DNA of 64,000 bases from NCBI GenBank assembly GCA_965226885.1, contig CBDDEL010000009.1, positions 1 through 64,000 on the forward strand, read 5' to 3'. Positions within the stretch are counted from its first letter, which is position 1; every line of letters begins with the position of its first letter. The notes below the pieces were generated by a model. The model saw nothing but the letters and a program-made list of their open reading frames with translations, did not search any database and was not told the origin of the DNA. Positions 21,254 through 31,432 of the stretch are shown piece by piece. The translations under genes were made by a program, and so were the position numbers. This DNA comes from Opitutales bacterium. GTDB taxonomy: Bacteria > Verrucomicrobiota > Verrucomicrobiia > Opitutales > UBA2987.

Positions 21254-23195
21254 CTATATTGATTTTCGCTAACTCAATTATAGAACCCTTTTTTGGCCGG
21301 ATCGAGCAAAAACTTGCTCTTTCCGGCTCTTTTTATCAACGTCATCCAGTTGACTATAAAATCTTTATATTTTTGGGACAGCCTCTAACTAACTTCGTTG
21401 CGGTCGCACCAAGAGAGTATCCGGTCTCGACAAAATCCACTGTCGGCGCGCCAAATAATCCGCGTACGGGGCCAGCTTTGGCGAATCCGTTTAACCAGCA
21501 ATTTGAGGATGGCCCCGGCATGCTTGCTGGCATCGATCTTGCTCGGCCGCAGGTAGGCCACCAGCAGCTGATCACCGCAAAAAACATATAGCGGCAGAAA
21601 ACAGTAATGATCATAATAACCGTGGAAAAAACGTCCCTCCTGGAGCCCGTGCACCGGATTGTCGGTGGCGTCAAAGTCCAGGATGATCTCTTCGGGTTCC
21701 TCGGCAAAGGAGCCCATGAACTGTTCGACCAACAGCTCGTTTACCGCAAAGGCCGCCCGCCGATCCTGCCCGTTTTCAAAACGACACAAAGTCGGCGCGC
21801 TGGCCAACGTTTCAATGCGCCCCGTTACCGTTGGCAACAATGGATCGTGGCGCAGGGTATCAAAGTCGTTCAAATCCTCATAGCCCGCCACCAGCCCGTA
21901 AACGCGCTGCCGCAGCATCCCCAATACCTCATGGCGTACTTTGCCCTTCTGCCGTTTGTCCACTAACTGTCGGGCCGCTCGTTCGGTCAAGCCCAACTGC
22001 CGATCCACTTCCCGGATCAAAAGCAGTCCGGCATCCGAAGTAACCTCTCCGCCCTTGAAATCAACCCGCACACGGCGGCCTTTTACCCTTGTCAACTGTA
22101 GCTTTAATTGTTTACCTTTTGTCATCGCTGATATTGCTTTAATTATTGATCTATCCTGCTGTATATCAGCAGTTAAGCATATCAACGATACTTTTTTTAC
22201 GAAATATCCGGGTTAGCTTTGATTTTTCTATATCTTGGCGCAGCAAACGCAGACGCAAAATCCAACAAGGTGCGTGGCTATATTAGTGGGATTGAAGCGG
22301 AAGACGTCTTTTTTGTCGAAGACATACGGATTGTATTGGATAAAGATATTTTTGCAGAATTTGCCGCCGCAGGGGAGACTCATACATATGAATACACCCT
22401 GGCCGATTTGCGCGTCGGTACATTTGTCGATGTAAGGGGCAACTTTGTCGATGTAAGGGGCAACAGAATTTTTGCGTCCGAATCAATATTGGCCGAGTCG
22501 ATAATAATTTATGCCGAAGACTACAAAAAAATCAAGCGCACCGCTCTGATCGAGCGAGAACCACACCTGGAAAAGATTGGAAATACATGGAGTGGCGATT
22601 TTTTTGCCGACGGGCAGCGCATTCGTGTAATGCCTTCGACGAAAGTATTATACCAGCCTAACAAATCGGAGCGCAAGGCACAGCGGGAAATCGAGAGATT
22701 AAATAAATCCCGGGAGCGCGCGGTCCAGAAGGATAAATCCCCATCTATGGAACTGGACAGCGATGAACCCAATGTTGAACTGTTGCAATCGTTCGATCAG
22801 ATCGGTCCCAACATGTTTATGACTTATGAAGGCATCCGGAGCGAAGATGGTAGCATTATGGCCGAAAGTCTGACTTTCAAGAGAAACGAACTCACTTGGA
22901 ATGAAGCCAGGTGGAAAAAAATGCTAACGCCGAGAATAAAAGAACCGGTTTACGAAGATAATAAACCTGGGAGAATTACGGTGCCTTGGGCAGGTAGCTT
23001 CAGGCTCGTTCCCTCGCGTGAAGCGCAGGAATATATCCAAAGACTCGGGAACAGTTTGATCCCCCGTTATCAAAAGGATATGCCTGACGATCATCCCGAC
23101 AAAATTCAGTTTCATTTTTATTTGGTCAAAGCCCTAGCACCCAACGCTTTCGCGCTTCCCAATGGCATTATAGTTGTAATGGCTCCTCTCCTTAA

Positions 23196-25183
23196 CCCGG
23201 ATATTTCATGAAGGGTAAAGTTTGGCTCGTTATTGCTATTGGAGATGGATTTCTTTGTATTTTGAGCAGATCGTCTTGATTTTTAGGTGTTTTTCAGGGT
23301 GTAGAGACACTGCCCCCTTTCCCCCATTGGTTCGGTAGTGCCGGGGGCAGCACCAATGCACCCTTTAGCCCGGATATTTCATGAAGGGTAAAGTTTGGCT
23401 CGTTATTGCTATTGGAGATGGATTTCTTTGTATTTTGAGCAGATCGTCTTGATTTTTAGGTGTTTTTCAGGGTGCAGAGACACTGCCCCCTTTCCCCCAT
23501 TGGTTCGGTAGTGCCGGGGGCAGCACCAATGCACCCTTTAGGTTGGCACCAATCGGCGGGCCGCATGGTTGAAAAGACTGGCCCAAGGATAACTCTCACT
23601 TAGCCCGGATATTTCATGAAGGGTAAAGTTTGGCTCGTGGCTCGTTATTGCTATTGGAGATGGATTTCTTTGTATTTTGAGCAGATCGTCTTGATTTTTA
23701 GGTGTTTTTCAGGGTGTAGAGACACTGCCCCCTTTCCCCCATTGGTTCGGTAGTGCCGGGGGCAGCACCAATGCACCCTTTAGGTTGGCACCAATCGGCG
23801 GGCCGCATGGTTGAAAAGACTGGCCCAAGGATAACTCTCACTTAGGTGAAAGTGAATCGTTCGGGTGTTGCGCACGATGACCGCTCCGATCTTGATTAAT
23901 TTGAGCCGCAGGGTGTGGCATTGGGCCCGCGCCCACTTCGTCCCTTTTAAGGCTAACCGGCGCATGGCTTCCATCAAGGTGTAGGCCAGCGCCGACAAGA
24001 GCAATCGCCACTGATTGGCCCACCATTGATGGGCGCTGGTGCGCTCGCTGAACAATTGCATCTGTTCCTTGATTCGGTTCTCCATTTCACCGCGGCCACA
24101 GTATACCTTGTCGTAAAGCTCCTGGGGATCGCCCGGCAGGTTCGTCACCACGAAGCGCGGGTTGGACCCCTGTGCGGTGTGTTCGGCTTTATGGATGACC
24201 AACCGCAGCCATCGCCACGAATCGGCAGCATAGACGAAGTCCTGGAATAACCGTTGTTTTTTACCCCTTAGTTCGAACCATTCTTTGGCCTGCTTTTGCA
24301 ACTGCTGGGCGTCTTGCTGCAAGCGTGCATTGCGAGCCATCCCCACGATGTAACTAACTTCGTTGCGGTCGCACCAAGAGGGTATCCGGTCTCGACAAAA
24401 TCCACTGTCGGCGCGCCAAATAATCCGCGTACGGGGCCAGCTTTGGCGAATCCGTTTAACCAGCAATTTGAGGATGGCCCCGGCATGCTTGCTGGCATCG
24501 ATCTTGCTCGGCCGCAGGTAGGCCACCAGCAGCTGATCACCGCAAAAAACATATAGCGGCAGAAAACAGTAATGATCATAATAACCGTGGAAAAAACGTC
24601 CCTCCTGGAGCCCGTGCACCGGATTGTCGGTGGCGTCAAAGTCCAGGATGATCTCTTCGGGTTCCTCGGCAAAGGAGCCCATGAACTGTTCGACCAACAG
24701 CTCGTTTACCGCAAAGGCCGCCCGCCGATCCTGCCCGTTTTCAAAACGACACAAAGTCGGCGCGCTGGCCAACGTTTCAATGCGCCCCGTTACCGTTACC
24801 GTTTGCAACAATGGATCGTGGCGCAGGGTATCAAAGTCGTTCAAATCCTCATAGCCCGCCACCAGCCCGTAAACGCGCTGCCGCAGCATCCCCAATACCT
24901 CATGGCGTACTTTGCCCTTCTGCCGTTTGTCCACTAACTGTCGGGCCGCTCGTTCGGTCAAGCCCAACTGCCGATCCACTTCCCGGATCAAAAGCAGTCC
25001 GGCATCCGAAGTAACCTCTCCGCCCTTGAAATCAACCCCCACACGGCGGCCTTTTACCCTTGTCAACTGTAGCTTTAATTGTTTACCTTTTGTCATCGCT
25101 GATATTGCTTTAATTATTGATCTATCCTGCTGTATATCAGCAGTTAAGCATATCAACGATACTTTTTTTACGAAATATCCGGG
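23196..25183 (-). mobile_element. IS1380 type 1 (full copy 23604-25183) preceded by two extra right-end fragments
   Basis: IR restarts at 23196, 23369 and 23604. Outer TSD TTAA. Transposase ends at 23780. Confidence 0.9.
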
Positions 25184-25201
25184 TTAAGGTGCTCGAAAAT
25201 G

Positions 25202-27574
25202 GGTAGTGTATTAAGTAGGAATGGTGGCTAATTCTTGATTATATTGATGAATGAAAAGTCTCAGACAGGTTTCATGCATACTCTTAAGCTTGGAAAAGGA
25301 GAGGGTTTTGCGTGTGAAACGACCCAGTCGTTGGCGCAGGGTATTGTTCCATCGTTCCACATGGGCCGTTTCACCGGTTTCTTTTCCCACGGATCGGTTA
25401 TGAGGAAAGACTTCATCATAAGTGCTCCAAAAGTCGCTGTAGGTGACACATCTTTTGTAGGCCCGTGGCAGACGCTCGTAAAGTTCCCGGCAACGATACC
25501 AATCCCGAGGCCCAATGGCATAGGAGAGGATTTGACGGGTGCGTCGGCAAAGAGCGATCCAAACCCATTGGGCATCGCTCTTGCGCCCCACAAAAGACCA
25601 CAGTTCGTCCAGTTCAATGACATCATGGCGGCGGGCCGCAAGAATCGTGCTTTTGAGCGGTCGCAGCGATTGTCGTTTTTTTTAACCAACTCAAAACGGT
25701 GTTGGGACTCACCCCGAAGGCGCGCTGTAAACCGCGTAGACTGCTGCGTTCCTGATAGACTCGAAGGATCATTTCTTTTTGCTCTTCGGTGTATTTCACT
25801 GTGGGGTTTTCGCGGCTTTGTTTACCACAATCATGGCAGCGGTAGCGCTGCTTATGGTTGGGCGTCTTGCCAAATTTAATGATATTTTCACTTCCACAGT
25901 GCCGACAATTAATAATTTTAGTAACCATGCACTAAGAATAAACTGCCTAACCCGGATATTTCGTAAAAAAAGTATCGCTGATATGCTTAACTGCTGATAT
26001 ACAGCAGGATAGATCAATAATTAAAGCAATATCAGCGATGACAAAAGGTAAACAATTAAAGCTACAGTTGACAAGGGTAAAAGGCCGCCGTGTGCGGGTT
26101 GATTTCAAGGGCGGAGAGGTTACTTCGGATGCCGGACTGCTTTTGATCCGGGAAGTGGATCGGCAGTTGGGCTTGACCGAACGAGCGGCCCGACAGTTAG
26201 TGGACAAACGGCAGAAGGGCAAAGTACGCCATGAGGTCTTGGGGATGCTGCGGCAGCGCGTTTACGGGCTGGTGGCGGGCTATGAGGATTTGAACGACTT
26301 TGATACCCTGCGCCACGATCCATTGTTGCAAACGGTAACGGGGCGCATTGAAACGTTGGCCAGCGCGCCGACTTTGTGTCGTTTTGAAAACGGGCAGGAT
26401 CGGCGGGCGGCCTTTGCGGTAAACGAGCTGTTGGTCGAACAGTTCATGGGCTCCTTTGCCGAGGAACCCGAAGAGATCATCCTGGACTTTGACGCCACCG
26501 ACAATCCGGTGCACGGGCTCCAGGAGGGACGTTTTTTCCACGGTTATTATGATCATTACTGTTTTCTGCCGCTATATGTTTTTTGCGGTGATCAGCTGCT
26601 GGTGGCCTACCTGCGGCCGAGCAAGATCGATGCCAGCAAGCATGCTGGGGCCATCCTCAAATTGCTGGTTAAACGGATTCGCCAAAGCTGGCCCCGTACG
26701 CGGATTATTTGGCGCGCCGACAGTGGATTTTGTCGAGACCGGATACTCTCTTGGTGCGACCGCAACGAAGTTAGTTACATCGTGGGGATGGCTCGCAATG
26801 CACGCTTGCAGCAAGACGCCCAGCAGTTGCAAAAGCAGGCCAAAGAATGGTTCGAACTAAGGGGTAAAAAACAACGGTTATTCCAGGACTTCGTCTATGC
26901 TGCCGATTCGTGGCGATGGCTGCGGTTGGTCATCCATAAAGCCGAACACACCGCACAGGGGTCCAACCCGCGCTTCGTGGTGACGAACCTGCCGGGCGAT
27001 CCCCAGGAGCTTTACGACAAGGTATACTGTGGCCGCGGTGAAATGGAGAACCGAATCAAGGAACAGATGCAATTGTTCAGCGAGCGCACCAGCGCCCATC
27101 AATGGTGGGCCAATCAGTGGCGATTGCTCTTGTCGGCGCTGGCCTACACCTTGATGGAAGCCATGCGCCGGTTAGCCTTAAAAGGGACGAAGTGGGCGCG
27201 GGCCCAATGCCACACCCTGCGGCTCAAATTAATCAAGATCGGAGCGGTCATCGTGCGCAACACCCGAACGATTCACTTTCACCTAAGTGAGAGTTATCCT
27301 TGGGCCAGTCTTTTCAACCATGCGGCCCGCCGATTGGTGCCAACCTAAAGGGTGCATTGGTGCTGCCCCCGGCACTACCGAACCAATGGGGGAAAGGGGG
27401 CAGTGTCTCTACACCCTGAAAAACACCTAGAAATCAAGACGATCTGCTCAAAATACAAAGAAATCCATCTCCAATAGCAATAACGAGCCAAACTTTACCC
27501 TTCATGAAATATCCGGGCTAACGCTATTTGTACAGCTAAAAATACAAAATAACATTCTTTTTTTATACACTACC
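25202..27574 (-). mobile_element. IS1 type A copy 2, interrupted by IS1380
   Basis: 8-bp TSD CGAAAATG at 25194-25201 and 27575-27582. insA at 25623-25928, insB ending at 25211. Confidence 0.92.
25951..27517 (+). mobile_element. IS1380 type 1, intact (transposase 26038-27348, 436 aa)
   Basis: IRs CCCGGATATTTC; TSD CTAA. Confidence 0.94.
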
Positions 27575-28173
27575 CGAAAATGAAGCACAACTTGCCTTTG
27601 TGTTAAGCCATGAAATCGGCCACTCTGTTCAGGAACACTATCGCCGCCACTCTGTTCAGGAACACTATCGCCTGTTCAGGAACACTATCGCCAACAGAAG
27701 GAACATAAAAAAACCGAACGCACAATCCTGAAATTAGGAAGTATAGCCGCTGCGGCCATGGGTGTCCCCATAGCCTCGGATGCCCTAAGTTATGCTGAGG
27801 GGGCCATCAGCGCTGGGTATTCCCGGCACCACGAAGACCAGGCCGACCGCCTGGTCTTGAACGGACTCGTTCGGCTAGGTTATGATCCGCGTGAAGCTCC
27901 CCAGGTCTGGAAAGTATTGGTAAGCAAAATTCCATCAACACCCCAATTTTTTTGGGCAAGCCACGAAAATAACATTACCCGAAGAAGTTATCTCATGGCG
28001 GAGATTAGAATTAATTATCCCGACATCAATTACTCCGAAGTAAAGCTCAACCGGGAAGCTTACCAGGAAATCGTGCAACTTGTGCAGGAATCAAAAAAAA
28101 GGAAAAGAAAGTAAACCCCGTAGTTTTATGAAACATTAGGGTTTATGTGAATGACGGTGGATTGGGAAAAATC

Positions 28174-29022
28174 CTATTTTGTGGAGGTGGGTGTATTTTT
28201 GGAAACGATGGGCGGATTGTTCTTTTTGGTCGGCATGAGGAAGAGGCCGGAGATGGTTTGCTGGCGCGGCTCGTCTGTATCGTTGAGTCCGAAGCTGATT
28301 TCGTGGGGGTCGGCCCGCAATATGAAGGACTTGAAAAGGCGATCCCAGACCGAGAGTAGTGAGGTGTAATTAGAGTTCGTCTCGGGCAGCCAGCGGGAGT
28401 GATGGACTTTGTGCATGTCCGGGCTGGTTACGAAAATCCGCAGAAATTTATCGGCCCGGGCGGACAATCCGATATTGGCGTGGTGGATCTGGACGTTGGC
28501 AAAGAGAAGGGTTTCATATACAACCAATTCACCCAGGGTGGCCCCGATAAGGAATAAAACAGGCAGCCGCAAGAGGGATGAGATGACAATTTCACCCAGG
28601 TGAAAGCGGTTGGCCGTGGTTACATCCATAAATGGATCGGAGTGGTGGATTTTGTGAAACCTCCACAGAAAAGGCAGAATGTGGTTGAAGCGGTGCCACC
28701 AGTAAGTCCAGAAATCGAGCAGCAGAATGGCCCCCGCAATATGTATCCAGGGCGGCAAGGCGGTCAGGTGGAGCAAGCCATATCCATTGGCGGCGGTCCA
28801 AGCGGTCATCTTGGCCCAGAGACCGGCAAAGACCGCTGCCACCACCAAGCCATTGAAAATGCCGAGGAATACATTCCGCCCGCCGTGCCGGACTCTCTCC
28901 TTACCCTTTCTCAGATAAAACAGAAAGTAGGGCGAAGCGCTCTCCCAAACCAAAAGAAGAAAGAGCATGGAAACGGCAATCGGCCAGCGCCAACCGGAAA
29001 CAGCATGAAAAATCAAATCCAT
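28174..29022 (-). CDS. Sterol desaturase / fatty acid hydroxylase family protein
   Basis: His boxes YWWHRFNH, FHKIHHS and MHKVHHS; TNSNY...WDRLF; TM helices. Confidence 0.9.
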   Translation of the reverse strand: MDLIFHAVSGWRWPIAVSMLFLLLVWESASPYFLFYLRKGKERVRHGGRNVFLGIFNGLVVAAVFAGLWAKMTAWTAANGYGLLHLTALPPWIHIAGAILLLDFWTYWWHRFNHILPFLWRFHKIHHSDPFMDVTTANRFHLGEIVISSLLRLPVLFLIGATLGELVVYETLLFANVQIHHANIGLSARADKFLRIFVTSPDMHKVHHSRWLPETNSNYTSLLSVWDRLFKSFILRADPHEISFGLNDTDEPRQQTISGLFLMPTKKNNPPIVSKNTPTSTK

Positions 29023-29262
29023 GGGGGTGAATGGTTAATAATTATTTTCTCGAATACAAATTAATCTGGCGTGTGCCGGGCGGAACAATGTGACAACCTA
29101 TAGAGTCCATTCAAGTCTTGAGCAAGCGATTGACCTTTGTTTGATTTTATGCAAGAATCCGGCCCTTTCAAGTTGAACGGAGGGATTTCAGTTTATGTAT
29201 CTTCTTCGTTATTTTTTTAATTTTCGACGTTAAATTTAAAGCCTAATCAGCTATTTCATTTC

Positions 29263-30245
29263 ATGAGTGAAAGCGTAAAACCGATTCCCGCTCCCAAGAT
29301 CAAGAATTCCATCGATTCGCTCAAAAGCAATATCGGGCAGGTCATCAAGGGTAAGGACGATGTCATTGATCAGGTGTTGATTTGCCTGCTGGCTTCCGGC
29401 CATTTGCTGATCGAGGATTTGCCGGGGCTGGGCAAGACGACCATGGCCCGACCATGGCCTATTGCCTGGCTCGTTCCATCGACTGCTCCTTTTCCCGTGT
29501 GCAGTTTACCAGCGATTTACTGCCCAGCGACGTTATCGGGGTTTCCGTCTATGACGAGCAGTTGAAGGAATTTGTCTTCAAACGAGGACCCATCTTTTCC
29601 AACATTCTCCTGGCCGACGAGATCAATCGAACCACTCCCAAGACCCAGTCGGCACTGCTTGAAGTGATGGACCGGAGCAAGGTTTCGGTGGATGGGCAGA
29701 CTTATACCGCGGCTTCTCCCTTCATGGTTTTTGCGACGCAAAACCCGGTCGATTTCGAAGGCACATTTCCACTCCCGGAAAGCCAGATGGACCGGTTCTT
29801 GATTCGTATGCAGATGGGTTACCCGGAATACGACAAGGAACTGGAGATTCTCCAGAACAGCATCTTGCGTTACGACAGCATCCGGCTAGAGCCCGTCATC
29901 ACGAGAAAAGAAATCCAGCAGATGCAGCAATTTGTTCACCAGGTTTACGTGGAAGAAAGCCTCATTCATTACATTCTCAAAATCGTTACCGCGACGCGTC
30001 AGGAAAGCGAATTCCGGGCCGGTGTGAGCACACGGGGGAGCCTTTCTCTGAAACTGGCGGCGCAGGCCGCGGCCCTGGCCGAGGGGCGTAATTTTGTCAT
30101 CCCGGAAGATATTACAAAGGTTATCCTATCGGTGTTGGCGCATCGTTTGGGCCTTCGCCGGCAAACCTCCGACAAATTGGAAGAACGGGAAATTGTGAAT
30201 GGAATTCTCCGCAAAATCATGGATTCGGTGGCCATCCCGGTTTGA
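29263..30245 (+). pseudogene. moxR: MoxR-family AAA+ ATPase, frameshifted by an 11-bp duplication
   Basis: [14 protein letters not shown], then [24 protein letters not shown] in another frame. CGACCATGGCC is duplicated at 29438-29459. Confidence 0.88.
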
Positions 30246-30318
30246 CCCAGAGTTGGGAAAGATTCTTTGCCCCAACTGATTTGTCCCAACATTTAACTGA
30301 AAGACGAGGACTATACCG

Positions 30319-31410
30319 ATGAAGGCGAGGGCGGCAGCCCAGGGCAACACGATTCCCGTCGAGTGGGCGGACCCGGGGTTTTTCACGCGTCAATCCCGGA
30401 CGCGGAATTTTTTCCGGATGCTCAAGCAGTTGGTGTTTCCGCCCAAGGGGAATAAAGTCATTCCCACCCTGGTCGGTTGGCTGCTTTTCCTGCTAATGCT
30501 AGGCATCGGTTCGGCCGCCTACAACACCTCCAGCAACATACTTTTTATGACCCTTTCGCTGCTCTTCAGCAGCTTGCTGCTGAGCGGTATTCTCTCCTGG
30601 ATGAACTTCAAAGGAACGCGCTGGCGCCTAGTCCTGGAACCCCACTTCCGGGCCGAAGAGGTGACCCCGGTTCGCATTGAGCTTTCCAACGGCAAAAAGC
30701 TGCTCCCCACTTACAGCCTGTGGTTCGACATGCGGGCGGCCATGTCAGGAGAATCCAAACGGCTTTATTTGCAGGAGCGACTCGACGCTATGTCCAGCGT
30801 CAGGCTGGACTGGATGTTCGAACCGAAAAAACGCGGCATCGAGCAAATAGACATCGCCGGTTTGGAGACGCAGTTTCCCTTCGGGTTTTTGAGAAAAATC
30901 ATTGGGGGCGGTATATCCCGCCAGGTGGTGGTCTGGCCCAAGCGGGTCGATTACGTATTCAAGCCCTCCAGCAGTCGGCACGCCCACCAGCAGGGCGGCG
31001 CCAATTTCAAGCCGGGAAGTGGCGCGGAATTGGTCAACCTGCGCCATTATCAACCGGGTGATGCGCAAAGACTGGTCCACTGGAAAGCCAGCGCCCGCTT
31101 GAGGCGACTGATGGTTCGCCAGATGTGTGAAGAAAACCAGGAAGCTTTCCTGCTATTTTTGGAGACCCCCGACAGCGCCTGGAGCGAGGGCGGGCAATTC
31201 GAAAAATTGTGCAGTTTCGCCGCCGCCTTGGCTGAGGATTTATACATGAACGACCATCTATGGGGAGTCGCCATCAACGATCAGCCGGTCCTTCCCATCA
31301 AAAGATTAAGCGACCTGCACTTTTTCCTCGAAAAACTGGCGCAACTGCATCCGGTGGAAAATTATACGCCCATGGAGGAAAACAGAGCGGCCACCATCAT
31401 CACATTCTAA
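30319..31410 (+). CDS. DUF58 domain protein
   Basis: FPFGF and LRHYQPGDAQRLVHWKASAR motifs; lies between MoxR and a transglutaminase. Confidence 0.88.
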   Translation: MKARAAAQGNTIPVEWADPGFFTRQSRTRNFFRMLKQLVFPPKGNKVIPTLVGWLLFLLMLGIGSAAYNTSSNILFMTLSLLFSSLLLSGILSWMNFKGTRWRLVLEPHFRAEEVTPVRIELSNGKKLLPTYSLWFDMRAAMSGESKRLYLQERLDAMSSVRLDWMFEPKKRGIEQIDIAGLETQFPFGFLRKIIGGGISRQVVVWPKRVDYVFKPSSSRHAHQQGGANFKPGSGAELVNLRHYQPGDAQRLVHWKASARLRRLMVRQMCEENQEAFLLFLETPDSAWSEGGQFEKLCSFAAALAEDLYMNDHLWGVAINDQPVLPIKRLSDLHFFLEKLAQLHPVENYTPMEENRAATIITF

Positions 31411-31432
31411 CCCGGCGCGGGAGACCGGGTTT

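Larger units (their letters stand above)
12844..21385 (-). mobile_element. IS5/ISNCY-like DDE element copy 1, interrupted twice
   Basis: IR GAGGCTGTCCCAAAA. 6-bp TSD TAACTA. Segments 12844-13976, 15109-15667 and 21254-21385 match the intact copy at 40053-41886. Confidence 0.88.
9575..22212 (-). mobile_element. IS1380-family element type 1, expanded to 12.6 kb by nested insertions
   Basis: IR CCCGGATATTTC at both ends. TSD TTAG at 9571-9574 and 22213-22216. IS1380 segments at 9575-9905, 12423-12843 and 21386-22212. Confidence 0.92.
9538..28114 (+). pseudogene. M48-family metallopeptidase with signal peptide, in four fragments (9538-9574, 22217-23195, 25188-25201, 27583-28114)
   Basis: Removing the ISs and one TSD each gives MDRSGLISGAALALIFLYLGAANA...PNAFALPNG...LLKVLENEAQLAFVLSHEIGH...EDQAD. 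Removing the 21-, 27- and 20-bp duplications as well leaves 1494 nt (497 aa plus stop). Confidence 0.88.

Noticed and set aside
23196..23780. Long direct repeats resembling an array or ncRNA cluster
   Set aside because: They are copies of the IS1380 right end.
27619..27692. Three near-identical 20-27 bp repeats resembling a mini-CRISPR
   Set aside because: No spacers, and the unit is M48 coding sequence (GHSVQEHYR); these are tandem duplications.
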